Shown here piece by piece: positions 45,899 to 55,563 of a DNA stretch of 64,000 bases. Under the pieces are notes generated by a model. The model had not been told where the DNA came from and did not search any database. It saw only the letters and a program-made list of their open reading frames with translations. Origin of the DNA: an archaeon GW2011_AR15 (GTDB taxonomy: Archaea > Nanobdellota > Nanobdellia > Woesearchaeales > GW2011-AR15); contig CP010425.1 of assembly GCA_000830295.1 (NCBI GenBank), positions 32,001 through 96,000 of the forward strand. The letters are read 5' to 3'. Each line of letters starts with the position of its first letter. Position 1 is the first letter of the stretch. The translations under genes were made by a program, and so were the position numbers.

Positions 45899-47083
45899 TC
45901 ATCTTCTGCCGTGCCTGAACCCGCTTTTTCTGAAGAATCTCCCTTCTCTTCTCTGCGGGGCTTCTATCATGATCCTGTCGATTCTCGGGACATCCACTTT
46001 CTGTATGTTGATGCTCGTATCCCTCAGCACCCTGTCAAAATTCTCATAATCCCTTTCAGTGAGTATGCTTATTGCTTTCCCCTCGTGCCCTGCTCTTGCA
46101 GTCCTTCCTATCCTGTGGATATACTGCTTGCTCTCTTTCGGGATGTCGTAATTATAGACATGGGAAACCCCCTCTATATGGAGCCCCCTGGCTGCAACAT
46201 CAGTGCATACCAGCACCCCGACTTTGCCTTCGTGGAATCTTTCCATGGTATGGTTCCTTTTTGACTGGGACAGGCCGCCATGTGTTGCCATTGCCTGGAT
46301 TCCCTGCTTCTGCAGGTTCCTGGCCACAACATCAGTAAACCTCTGCGTGTTGCAGAACACCATCACGAGCCCTGATGTCTCGTTCTTAAGAAGGTGGGCA
46401 AGCAGCGAGAATTTCATGTTCACCGGCACCTGGTAATAGAACTGCTCCAGTTTTGAAGGATCAACATATGCTTCAACCCTGAGGACAACCGGATCCCTCA
46501 TATATCTCTGGGCAATACCGCGGATATCGCTTGATATCGTGGCAGAATATAATAAAGTCTGTCTGTCTGCCGGGCATTCCCTAAGTATATTATTGACATC
46601 GTCAATGAATCCCATGTCCAGCATCCTGTCAGCCTCGTCAAGCACAGCAATCCTGATTTTGCTTAGGTCCAGCGTCCCTCTTGACATGTGGTCCAGGACC
46701 CTGCCCGGGGTGCCGACAACAACCTCTGCGCTGTGGAGCTTTTCCATCTGCGGGTTTATTGAGACTCCGCCGTATATGGACGCAACCCTCAGCCTTTTGT
46801 ATTTTGAAAAAAGAACCATTGACTCTGATACCTGCTCTGCAAGCTCCCTTGTCGGCGTGAGTATGATTGCCTGTATGCCTTGTCCGGGCTCAACTATTTT
46901 TATGACTGCGCTTGCAAATGCCAGTGTCTTCCCTGAGCCTGTCGCAGAACCTGCGATAACATCCTTCCCTGAAAGTATGACAGGGATTGATTTCTCCTGT
47001 ATTTCTGTGGGATCCTGAAAGCCCTGCTCCTCAATGGATTTCAGCACAGGCTCTATTATTCCTAATTCCCTAAATGTTTTCAT
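45899..47083 (-). CDS. DEAD-box RNA helicase
   Basis: TGSGKT, PTREL, DEAD, SAT, HRIGRTAR. Confidence 0.97.
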   Translation of the reverse strand: MKTFRELGIIEPVLKSIEEQGFQDPTEIQEKSIPVILSGKDVIAGSATGSGKTLAFASAVIKIVEPGQGIQAIILTPTRELAEQVSESMVLFSKYKRLRVASIYGGVSINPQMEKLHSAEVVVGTPGRVLDHMSRGTLDLSKIRIAVLDEADRMLDMGFIDDVNNILRECPADRQTLLYSATISSDIRGIAQRYMRDPVVLRVEAYVDPSKLEQFYYQVPVNMKFSLLAHLLKNETSGLVMVFCNTQRFTDVVARNLQKQGIQAMATHGGLSQSKRNHTMERFHEGKVGVLVCTDVAARGLHIEGVSHVYNYDIPKESKQYIHRIGRTARAGHEGKAISILTERDYENFDRVLRDTSINIQKVDVPRIDRIMIEAPQRREGRFFRKSGFRHGRR

Positions 47084-47306
47084 TTAATTTACCTCTTGAA
47101 AATCTGCAATTATGTAAAGAAAAAGTCGGGTTGTAACTGCCTTTTCTTTCTAACCAGTTTTCTGTATTATTATGAAGAGTTGGCCCTCTCTATATAAAGC
47201 TATGCATTCAGAGGAGAAAAACAGCTTTTTCCGTCGGGAGTTTTCGGTAAAAAGATTTATATACTATTATACCCTAATATGATAAAAATCTAAAAGGTGA
47301 AAATCA

Positions 47307-47501
47307 ATGGAAGAACATGAACACACACATGGCTGTATGGGAAGTAAGTGGCTGGTCGTAGGCCTGCTTGTAATAGCAAACAACTATTACGCATGGTTTG
47401 ACTGGTGGTATTTCCTGGGTGGCCTGTTGGTGCTTAAAGGGCTCTGGCTGCTGGTAATGAAGGGCCACTGCATGTGTCACGGGAAAAAATCCAAGAAATA
47501 G
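47307..47501 (+). CDS. Small membrane protein with His/Cys-rich termini
   Basis: SD GGTGA; EHEHTHGC...2 TM...HCMCH. Confidence 0.65.
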   Translation: MEEHEHTHGCMGSKWLVVGLLVIANNYYAWFDWWYFLGGLLVLKGLWLLVMKGHCMCHGKKSKK

Positions 47502-47509
47502 GATACCCT

Positions 47510-47677
47510 ATGATACATAATGCTGTTAAGATAGTTTCACTAATTTTTATTTTTCTTCTTTCCCTTAACCTGCTGCTTCTGGCTTTGGGAAAAATAAGCG
47601 TCCTGCTTTTCTGGATCATACTCCTGCTTGGGGCAGTTGCATCATTTCTCATAAACAGGGTCATAAAACAAAAGTAA
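47510..47677 (+). CDS. Small two-TM protein
   Basis: Hydrophobic ORF between co-oriented genes; ATG at 47510. Confidence 0.55.
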   Translation: MIHNAVKIVSLIFIFLLSLNLLLLALGKISVLLFWIILLLGAVASFLINRVIKQK

Positions 47678-47705
47678 TTTATACATACCCCTAATCTAGA
47701 TAAGC

Positions 47706-48065
47706 ATGGCATATCCGGGACAACCTGGCGGGCATGGTCATGGGCTTAAGCACGGCGATGACCACGGCCATTATCCTGAAGAGGAGCTTCTCAAGCAGAT
47801 GGGAAACAGGGCATACAGCCTGACCCATAATGAAAAAGAGAATGTAGATGAGATTGAAAGGCAGCTGAAATCAGGAAACCGGTTTTCGCATGATGAGCTT
47901 CACCAGTTCCAGCATTACCTTGAGCATGCAAGCCACGAGCTGAAAGAAATACTCCAGGAAGAGCAGGAGGACCATATACATAACCTCCAGCTTGAAAAAG
48001 ACCTCAGGCGGGTAGCACAGCTGCTCGGGGAAGTATCAATGCTTCTTGAGAGGCACCATCACTGA
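47706..48065 (+). CDS. His/Glu-rich hypothetical protein
   Basis: GHGHG.KHGDDHGH, helical E/H-rich body, ends HHH. Confidence 0.6.
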   Translation: MAYPGQPGGHGHGLKHGDDHGHYPEEELLKQMGNRAYSLTHNEKENVDEIERQLKSGNRFSHDELHQFQHYLEHASHELKEILQEEQEDHIHNLQLEKDLRRVAQLLGEVSMLLERHHH

Positions 48066-49181
48066 GTCCAGGACTTTCCTTATCCCTTCTGATGTTTTCT
48101 CCCAGGTATAGTTTTTTACTATTGTCTCCCTTGCTTTTTTCCCCATTCTCTCCCTTGCTGCTTCATTTTCCATAAGGTAAACTATCTTCGTATAGAGGGC
48201 ATACGAGTTCTTTTTAGGGAATATCAGGCCGTTGGCGCCGTCATTGATATATTCCCTTATGAAACCCACAGGCGTAACTATGACAGGGACTTCGCAGGCC
48301 ATTGCCTCCATTGTTGTAAGGGAGGTTGTTTCAATAAGGCTTGGCAGGACATAGACATCCATTGCCTGGTAATACGGCACAAGGTTGTCTTTTGGCCCTG
48401 TTATTATTATATTTTCTTTTCCCCTGAAAAGCCTTTCAATCTCCGGCCTTCCTCCGCCTGCTATCAGAAGAATGCAGTTGTCGTATTTTTTTGTAAGCCT
48501 GATAAACGCCCTGTGGAGGGTCTTCAGGTCTTTCTCAAGGCTTACTCTCCCGCCGTAGCCAACCACAAACTTTCTCGGGTCAATGCCTATATCCTCCTTT
48601 GCCTTTTCTTTGCTCTGCGGCGGCTTGTAGAGATTTATATCAACCCCCAGATGGACAACGCGCTTCTCTGAGTTTATCCTCAGCAGGCTGAGAAGCTCTG
48701 CGTGGTCAGATGAAGGGACTATTATTATTGTGCACATATTGTACAGCCATATTGCGATTGCCTTTGTAATTATGTTAATCGGCAGCTTTATGAAATCAAT
48801 GCCCTGGCTGTTAGGGAAGACTTCCCATTCCAGCATGTGGTTGTACATTATTACGGGCTTCCTGTGCCTTTTTCCCGCAATTATCCCTGCAATGCCTATC
48901 GGGCCTATGCACTGCACCCAGACTAAATCTGCCTTCTGCACTTCTTTGGAAACTGTCCTATAATCCACAATTGCAGAATAATAATTGTCAGCCAGCCTTA
49001 CTTTCAGTATCTTAAACCTTATTATCCTTGCCTTGTACTTGGGGGCAAGCTCTCCCAGGTCAGGTGCAATCACAGTCAGCTGGTAATCATCCTCAATCCT
49101 CGGGATGAGCTCATTAAGGAAGCTTGAGATGCCGTCCCATCTCGGAAGGAAGCCGTCTGTTGCAATCAGCAGTTTTTTCAT
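48036..49181 (-). CDS. Glycosyltransferase family 4
   Basis: GRVS.EK, D.YVLPS..ET..L..MEAMACEVPV. Confidence 0.92.
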   Translation of the reverse strand: MKKLLIATDGFLPRWDGISSFLNELIPRIEDDYQLTVIAPDLGELAPKYKARIIRFKILKVRLADNYYSAIVDYRTVSKEVQKADLVWVQCIGPIGIAGIIAGKRHRKPVIMYNHMLEWEVFPNSQGIDFIKLPINIITKAIAIWLYNMCTIIIVPSSDHAELLSLLRINSEKRVVHLGVDINLYKPPQSKEKAKEDIGIDPRKFVVGYGGRVSLEKDLKTLHRAFIRLTKKYDNCILLIAGGGRPEIERLFRGKENIIITGPKDNLVPYYQAMDVYVLPSLIETTSLTTMEAMACEVPVIVTPVGFIREYINDGANGLIFPKKNSYALYTKIVYLMENEAARERMGKKARETIVKNYTWEKTSEGIRKVLDSVMVPLKKH

Positions 49182-49225
49182 TTTATTCGGGTCCCCCGGA
49201 TATTTGAAAATTTTCAATTTTCATT

Positions 49226-49876
49226 TTACTTTATTTTATAAAATACCTCTGCATATTTCACATGGTTGTTGAATCCCTGGGTTATTGCCTGGAAGTAGAT
49301 GTTCCACATAAGGGAGAGTCTTGACGGCAGCTGGCTCTTGTGCTTGTTGAATGCCTCAATCTTTACCTTGAAAGTGTCTGTTATGTCCACCACAAGCTTC
49401 GGCTGCTCCCTCTTCCTGAAATTGAGGAAAAAATTCCAGATGTTGAAAGAATACACTTCCCCTTTGTAGCTGATCTTTTCAATCAGGTCCATCGTGAACC
49501 TGTAGACTGCCCTGTGGTCAGGGTGCGGGTCGTCAAGGGAATGAGTGAATATCTTTGCAGGCTTTATTCTTTTTATTATCTCCCAGACTTTCTCATCAAT
49601 CTTCCTCTCTGCAATCTCCTCTGCAAAATTCCCCTCTCTGATGCCCAGATAATAGACTTCATCTTCTCCCAGGAGTTTTGCTGCCCTCTTGGATTCCTTG
49701 ACTCTTGTTTTCCTTGAAAATTCCTCCTGTATGTGGGGAAGCGAGGTCTCGCCGAAGGAAAATATCAGGGTAACTATTTTCTTGCCCTCCTTGGCATATT
49801 TTGCTATTGTCCCCCCTGCGCCAACCAGCTGGTCGTCATTATGCGCGCACAGGAAAAGCACTGATTCAGGCTCCAT
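49226..49876 (-). CDS. PIG-L/LmbE family de-N-acetylase
   Basis: AHNDD, R..E, D.HPDH, H.SQ. Confidence 0.9.
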   Translation of the reverse strand: MEPESVLFLCAHNDDQLVGAGGTIAKYAKEGKKIVTLIFSFGETSLPHIQEEFSRKTRVKESKRAAKLLGEDEVYYLGIREGNFAEEIAERKIDEKVWEIIKRIKPAKIFTHSLDDPHPDHRAVYRFTMDLIEKISYKGEVYSFNIWNFFLNFRKREQPKLVVDITDTFKVKIEAFNKHKSQLPSRLSLMWNIYFQAITQGFNNHVKYAEVFYKIK

Positions 49877-49913
49877 TGCAGCTTTTATAGAGAAGGGGAT
49901 TATTTAAAGTTTG

Positions 49914-50273
49914 TTATAGGAGAGAAAGGAGAGAGATGCCAAGAATCAGCCCCGCAACAACAACTGCAATCACATAGAATACTGCTATGAAAACAAACTG
50001 CAGCAGCCATGCAACAAAAGCCTTCCACCATTTCAGCCTGAATATCTCCCTGTATATCCATATCATCAGCACAAATGCTATTATCCCGCCGAAAGTCCTG
50101 AAGAGGTATCTTACGGCTGAGACAACTATCCCTGTAATGAACATGACAAGAAGCGTTGTGAATATGGTTGTTTTTCCGCCAAGGAGCCTCACTGCAAAAT
50201 AGAGGGGGAGGGCAGAAATAATCATGACTACAATTATAATCAGTATTGGGATAAGCACCTCTGATAATGCCAT
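49914..50273 (-). CDS. Hypothetical membrane protein
   Basis: 4 TM segments. Confidence 0.7.
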   Translation of the reverse strand: MALSEVLIPILIIIVVMIISALPLYFAVRLLGGKTTIFTTLLVMFITGIVVSAVRYLFRTFGGIIAFVLMIWIYREIFRLKWWKAFVAWLLQFVFIAVFYVIAVVVAGLILGISLLSLL

Positions 50274-50406
50274 CCGGTGAGGGAAGTGAAATAACTATAA
50301 AAATATTACCTGAGGGGTATAAAAAGCATACAACAGCAACCTTTATAATATTCCCCAATGTTCTTTTTACTAAAATAAATTATTTAAAAAATATTAGGTG
50401 ATATAT

Positions 50407-51402
50407 ATGCCAAAACATTCAGACCAGAGGGTCGGAGTATTTATAGACGTACAAAACTTATATTACAGCGCCAAGCAGCTGTACAATGCCAAAGTTAATT
50501 TTGCGCACATCCTTAAGAGGGCTGTGGCCGGAAGGAGACTTATCAGGGCAATTGCCTATGTCATTAAGGCAGACATAAAAGAGGAGCACAATTTCTTTGA
50601 AGCCCTTGAAAAGATAGGCTATGATGTGAGGTCAAAAGACCTGCAGACATTCTACACCGGAGCAAAGAAAGGTGACTGGGATGTGGGCATTGCCATGGAT
50701 ATAATGAGGATGGCAGCAAAGCTTGACGTTATTGTTCTTGTCTCAGGAGACGGGGATTTCAAGGACCTGCTTGAGCACGTGAAAGCACTTGGCTGCAGGG
50801 CCGAAGTGCTGGCTTTCGGAAAGACATCCTCTTCAAGATTAATAGGGGAAGCTGATGAGTTCGGCGACCTTGGAAAAGAGCTTGACAAGGTGCTGATAAA
50901 GGGGAACAGCAAGGCATTCAGGACTGACAATAAGCCTGCAGCAAGCAGCGGGGGAACTACCGTGACCGCCGTACCAGCAGAAAACAGGCCCGAGAGCAGT
51001 GGCAGGGCTGAAAGCAGTGTAATCGCTGCCAATGATATCAGGAATGAGATGAGCAGGGAGCGCAGAAATTTCAGGCATGACAGGATGAGAGGGAACAGGG
51101 GTTTCAGAAGGCCTGACAGGAATATGGGGGGAGGCAGGGATTTCAGGAGGCCAATGGAGCCTTCAGACAGCGCATCCCTTCTTCAGAAGATAAATATGGA
51201 CCAGCCGGTTCTTGAGCCAAGGAAAGAAGAGGCAAAGCTGGTCATGCCAAAAGACGAACCGAAAAAAGAAGAGCCCAAGAAAGAAGAGCCGAGAAGAGAA
51301 GAGCCAAAAGAAAGGGCTCCTGAAAAGCCTGCTGAGCAGCCGGAGGCAAAAAAAACAGCAAAAAAGCCGGCGAAAAAGGCTGTTCCGAAGAAAAAGAAAT
51401 AA
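50407..51402 (+). CDS. NYN-domain (LabA/DUF88) protein with low-complexity C-terminal tail
   Basis: FIDVQNLY, KGDWDV, SGDGDF. Confidence 0.92.
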   Translation: MPKHSDQRVGVFIDVQNLYYSAKQLYNAKVNFAHILKRAVAGRRLIRAIAYVIKADIKEEHNFFEALEKIGYDVRSKDLQTFYTGAKKGDWDVGIAMDIMRMAAKLDVIVLVSGDGDFKDLLEHVKALGCRAEVLAFGKTSSSRLIGEADEFGDLGKELDKVLIKGNSKAFRTDNKPAASSGGTTVTAVPAENRPESSGRAESSVIAANDIRNEMSRERRNFRHDRMRGNRGFRRPDRNMGGGRDFRRPMEPSDSASLLQKINMDQPVLEPRKEEAKLVMPKDEPKKEEPKKEEPRREEPKERAPEKPAEQPEAKKTAKKPAKKAVPKKKK

Positions 51403-51434
51403 TCTTTAAATATAAATTTCCATAGCCTCTTATA

Positions 51435-51761
51435 ATGCTGTCCGCAAAGCTGCTGGAACATAGTGCTATGGATTTTTTCTACAGCATGCTTGAGAGATAT
51501 GCCAGGTATGGCATCACTCCCGATAAGATAGAAGGCATAGTCACGGATGAGATCAAAAAAGAGGTTGAATACTGGTGGCAGTACTATCAGGAGGTCGGGG
51601 CCAATCCAGGCTGGAACGAAGGCAAGAGAGAGCTTGTCCTTGACATATATACAATATGGCTGAAGCTTGACGATCTTTCCGGGAACCTCCTGGAAAAAAC
51701 AGATTACAGTACATTCTATAACTGGCATCAGCTGAAAAAACCTCTTCAGGGAGTGAACTGA
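51435..51761 (+). CDS. Hypothetical protein
   Basis: ORF after TATA; closely coupled to next gene. Confidence 0.55.
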   Translation: MLSAKLLEHSAMDFFYSMLERYARYGITPDKIEGIVTDEIKKEVEYWWQYYQEVGANPGWNEGKRELVLDIYTIWLKLDDLSGNLLEKTDYSTFYNWHQLKKPLQGVN

Positions 51762-51763
51762 GG

Positions 51764-52294
51764 ATGAGAACCCTGCAGCAGAAGGCAGATGAGCTCTTTG
51801 AAAGCCTTGAATGGATGTACAGCGATATTTTCACAGACAGGAAAATAAAGGCGCCTTCTGCCAGGTACAGCATAAGGGTAAGCCCGAAGATAAACAGCAG
51901 GGGGCTCGTAGAAATCCATATGGCAAAATTTGCCATGCTTCCCCAATACCATGATGAAGAGCTTGCTATCCACACCATCTCTATCTGTGATGTTTCTGAA
52001 ATGTATCCGTTCAGGCTGAGGCTGAAAAGGAATCCTGATTTTGATGATTATGCCCTTGATATGTTTCTGCTTGATGAGTTCGGGATAGAATATGTTGTCC
52101 AGACAACTGACAGGAAAAGATATGTCGATGACGCCACATTATTCGCCGGAAACATGGATGAGGAAAACAGGATTCACAGCAATTTCCAGACTGCCGGAAA
52201 TTTTGAGGAGAAGGTTCTTGACAGGGTCATGAAAAGAGCAATGAAATATCTCCCTCCTGAAAACGAAAGCTATCTTTCTGCATACAGCTCATAA
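51764..52294 (+). CDS. Hypothetical protein
   Basis: ORF with SD GGAGTGA. Confidence 0.55.
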   Translation: MRTLQQKADELFESLEWMYSDIFTDRKIKAPSARYSIRVSPKINSRGLVEIHMAKFAMLPQYHDEELAIHTISICDVSEMYPFRLRLKRNPDFDDYALDMFLLDEFGIEYVVQTTDRKRYVDDATLFAGNMDEENRIHSNFQTAGNFEEKVLDRVMKRAMKYLPPENESYLSAYSS

Positions 52295-52344
52295 GAAAAC
52301 TTTAAATAGTTTCATCGCGATTCCTAACTCAGGTGATTTAAAAC

Positions 52345-52653
52345 ATGGGAGAACTTTACGATAAGGAATACAAAGAAGGCACAAAAAAATTTCTGGATGA
52401 GACAAAGGAAGCTGCAGAGGCATACAAGCAGTACCAAAAGGCTCTTTCTGACACCAGCCCGTTTGACAAGAAGACAAATGAGCTTATCATGGTTGCTGTC
52501 AGCGCAGCACTGCAGTGCGATTACTGCATTGAGACGCATTCAAAAAGGGCAAAGCTCGCAGGCGCAACAGACAAAGAGATTGCTTTTGCAGTGCATCTTG
52601 CGGCTTCTGTAAAGCACGGGGCAACTGTAAGCTACGGAGTGAAAGCCCTCTGA
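52345..52653 (+). CDS. Carboxymuconolactone decarboxylase/AhpD-family protein
   Basis: ELI..AVS...QCDYCIETH...A...GAT..EI. Confidence 0.9.
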   Translation: MGELYDKEYKEGTKKFLDETKEAAEAYKQYQKALSDTSPFDKKTNELIMVAVSAALQCDYCIETHSKRAKLAGATDKEIAFAVHLAASVKHGATVSYGVKAL

Positions 52654-52654
52654 G

Positions 52655-53530
52655 ATGCAATCCGTAATTATGAAGCCCGAGTGGCTCAGGATAATGCCTC
52701 CAAAGGAAAAGTTCAGTGAGGTAAAAGGGATAATAAGCAGCCACAGGCTCAACACTGTCTGCCAGGAAGCGCACTGCCCAAATATGTCAGAGTGCTGGTC
52801 TTCTGGGACAGCAACATTCATGCTGATGGGAGACACCTGCACAAGAGGATGCAGGTTCTGCGCTGTAAAGACAGGAAAGCCGGGAGAGCTTGACAGGACA
52901 GAGCCGGCGAGGCTGGCAAAGGCAATAAAAGAGCTCGGGGTCTTTGATTATGTTGTGCTTACTTCTGTTGACCGCGATGACCTTGAAGACCAGGGCGCCA
53001 ATCATCTTGCCGAATGCATAAGGGAAATAAAAAAGCAGTATCCGGGGATTATTGTTGAAATCCTTATCCCTGATTTCAGGGGAGACAAAGAGCTTCTCAG
53101 AATTATAGCTGATGCCGGGCCTGAGGTAATTGCGCACAATGTTGAGACTGTTGAAAGGCTTCAGAGGAAAGTGAGGGATTACAGGGCAAACTACATGCAG
53201 TCATTGTCAGTTCTCCGGAATGTGAAAAAGCTCAGCAGAAAAATCTATACAAAAACTTCCATAATGCTCGGGCTTGGTGAAAAAGAGGATGAAGTAATCC
53301 AGGCAATGAAGGATTTAAGAGCCATTGATGTTAATATTATAACATTTGGGCAATACCTAAGACCATCACAGAAACATTTGGCAGTCAGCGAATATGTAAA
53401 GCCAGAAAAATTTAAATATTATGAAGAGGTTGCCAATAGCCTGGGGTTTTTATATTGCGCGTCTGGCCCTTTTGTAAGGAGCTCATATAAAGCAGGGGAA
53501 TTATTTTTGAAGGGGAAAATAAATGGTTAA
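52655..53530 (+). CDS. lipA: Lipoyl synthase
   Basis: CQEAHCPNMSEC, CTRGCRFC, RSSY. Confidence 0.97.
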   Translation: MQSVIMKPEWLRIMPPKEKFSEVKGIISSHRLNTVCQEAHCPNMSECWSSGTATFMLMGDTCTRGCRFCAVKTGKPGELDRTEPARLAKAIKELGVFDYVVLTSVDRDDLEDQGANHLAECIREIKKQYPGIIVEILIPDFRGDKELLRIIADAGPEVIAHNVETVERLQRKVRDYRANYMQSLSVLRNVKKLSRKIYTKTSIMLGLGEKEDEVIQAMKDLRAIDVNIITFGQYLRPSQKHLAVSEYVKPEKFKYYEEVANSLGFLYCASGPFVRSSYKAGELFLKGKING

Positions 53531-54587
53531 GAAAGTCATAGGGAAATTCGAGGTTGAATACCTGCAGGTTCTTGATGAGGAAGGCAATGCTGATGAGGCC
53601 CTCATGCCGAAGCTGACAGGCAGGCAGATAAAAGAGCTCTATGAAAACATGATCCTTGTCAGGACTTTTGATGACAAGGCTTTCTCAATGCAGAGACAGG
53701 GGAGGATAGGCTCATACCTCCAGGTAAAGGGGCAGGAAGCAGCACAGGTGGGCTCTGTCTATGCCCTACAGGACAAGGACTGGCTGTTCCCTATGTACAG
53801 GAGCAGTGGGGCATTGCTTGCAAGGAAGCAGCCCATGCATCTTCTCTATCTTTACTGGGGCGGAGATGAACGCGGTTTGAAAAGTCCGGAGAATGTGAAT
53901 AATTTTCCCATTGCAATACCTGTCGGGACGCAGATACCTCATGCAGTAGGTGCTGCCTGGGCATCAAATCTCCTTGGAAAAAAAGAAGTCTCGCTGGTAT
54001 TCTTCGGAGAAGGCGCAACATCAAAGGCAGATTTCCACACTGCAATGAATTTTGCAGGAGTCTATCAGGTTCCGTGCATTCTTGTCTGCGAGAACAACCA
54101 GTGGGCAATTTCTGTGCCGAGAAAAATACAGACGCATTCAGAGACAATAGCACAGAAGGGAATTGCATACGGGGTTAAGGGAATCCAGGTCGACGGGAAC
54201 GATATTTTTGCAGTCTACAAAGCAGTAAAAGAGGCTGTTGATGATGCAAGAGCAGGCAAAGGCCCTGCATTAATAGAGTGCATGACCTACAGGATAGGGG
54301 ACCACAGCACAAGCGATGACGCAAAAAAATACAGGGGCGAAAAAGAAGTCGAGGAGTGGGCGAAAAAAGACCCTGTGCTCAGGCTTGAGAGATATATGAA
54401 AAAGAAAAAGCTGCTTGATGAAGCGTATAAGAAAAAAGTCCTTGAGAATGCAAAAGAGACTGTTGAGAAAGAAGTGAAGAAATATGAGGAGTATCCTGCG
54501 CCTGACAGGGAAGATATCTTCAAGTACACATTTGCGGAGATGCCGCAGCAGCTGAAAGAGCAGTTTGAGGAGTTCAAGAATGGTTAG
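53523..54587 (+). CDS. pdhA: 2-oxoacid (pyruvate) dehydrogenase E1 alpha
   Basis: RQGRIG.Y, GQEA, GEGATS..NNQWAIS, TYR.GDHSTSDD. Confidence 0.92.
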   Translation: MVKKVIGKFEVEYLQVLDEEGNADEALMPKLTGRQIKELYENMILVRTFDDKAFSMQRQGRIGSYLQVKGQEAAQVGSVYALQDKDWLFPMYRSSGALLARKQPMHLLYLYWGGDERGLKSPENVNNFPIAIPVGTQIPHAVGAAWASNLLGKKEVSLVFFGEGATSKADFHTAMNFAGVYQVPCILVCENNQWAISVPRKIQTHSETIAQKGIAYGVKGIQVDGNDIFAVYKAVKEAVDDARAGKGPALIECMTYRIGDHSTSDDAKKYRGEKEVEEWAKKDPVLRLERYMKKKKLLDEAYKKKVLENAKETVEKEVKKYEEYPAPDREDIFKYTFAEMPQQLKEQFEEFKNG

Positions 54588-55551
54588 CATGAATAATGTA
54601 GAAGCAGTGAGATCCGCGCTTGACCAGGCGCTGAAATCTGATAAGAGTGTTGTTGTGCTTGGGGAAGATGTCGGAGTAAACGGCGGAGTCTTCAGGGCAA
54701 CTGACGGGCTGCAGAAAAAATACGGAAAAGACAGGGTAATTGACACTCCGCTGAGCGAGGAAGGCATTGTGGGAATGGCAATAGGCCTGGCTGTCACCGG
54801 GGTAAAGCCTGTTGCAGAGATACAGTTCTCTGGATTTTTGCCTGCTGCATTTGACCAGATATTCAGCCATGCCGCAAGGATAAGGTCAAGGAGCAGGGGA
54901 AGGTTTACATGCCCGATGGTGATAAGGGCGCCTGCAGGCGGGGGAATACGGGCTCTTGAGCTTCACTGCGAAATGCCGGAAGCGCTGTTTGCGCATATCC
55001 CTGGGATAAAGGTTGTCTGCCCGAGTACGCCTTATGACACAAAAGGCCTGCTGCTGGCTGCAATAAAAGACCCTGACCCTGTGATATTTTTAGAGCCTAT
55101 GAGGATCTACAGGGCAGTAAAGCAGGATGTCCCTGAAAAGGAATACACAATTCCGCTGGGAAAAGCCAATGTCATAAAAGAAGGAACTGACATCACAATA
55201 ATAACCTGGGGCTCAATGGTGAAATACACCCTTGATGCTGTTGCCGGGCTTGATGATGTTGATGCTGAGGTAATTGATCTGCGGACAATATATCCTTTTG
55301 ATACTGAGGCGATAATAAAGAGCGTCGGGAAAACAGGCAGGGCGGTTGTCGTGCATGAGGCCCCGAAGACCTCCGGGTTCGGAGCTGAGATTGTGGCAAC
55401 AATAAATGAGAAAGCTCTTGACTCCCTGGATGCGCCTGTGCTGAGAGTTACAGGCTATGACACTGCGCTTCCGTTTGCAAGGCTGGAGATGCAGTTCATA
55501 CCGAGCAAAGAAAGGATTATAAAGGCAATTAACGAGGTTATGGATTATTAA
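54580..55551 (+). CDS. pdhB: 2-oxoacid (pyruvate) dehydrogenase E1 beta
   Basis: GEDVG..GGVFR.T, DTPLSE, EIQF, EVIDLRT. Confidence 0.92.
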   Translation: MVSMNNVEAVRSALDQALKSDKSVVVLGEDVGVNGGVFRATDGLQKKYGKDRVIDTPLSEEGIVGMAIGLAVTGVKPVAEIQFSGFLPAAFDQIFSHAARIRSRSRGRFTCPMVIRAPAGGGIRALELHCEMPEALFAHIPGIKVVCPSTPYDTKGLLLAAIKDPDPVIFLEPMRIYRAVKQDVPEKEYTIPLGKANVIKEGTDITIITWGSMVKYTLDAVAGLDDVDAEVIDLRTIYPFDTEAIIKSVGKTGRAVVVHEAPKTSGFGAEIVATINEKALDSLDAPVLRVTGYDTALPFARLEMQFIPSKERIIKAINEVMDY

Positions 55552-55563
55552 TTGAAAAATAGA

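Noticed and set aside
47115-47256. Weak hairpins upstream of the DEAD-box helicase
   Set aside because: Mostly A/T-run pairings. A cold-shock-type leader is possible but not supportable from sequence alone.
51250-51400. 15-bp-period tandem repeats
   Set aside because: They encode the KKEEP/KKPA disordered tail of the NYN protein, which is ordinary low complexity.
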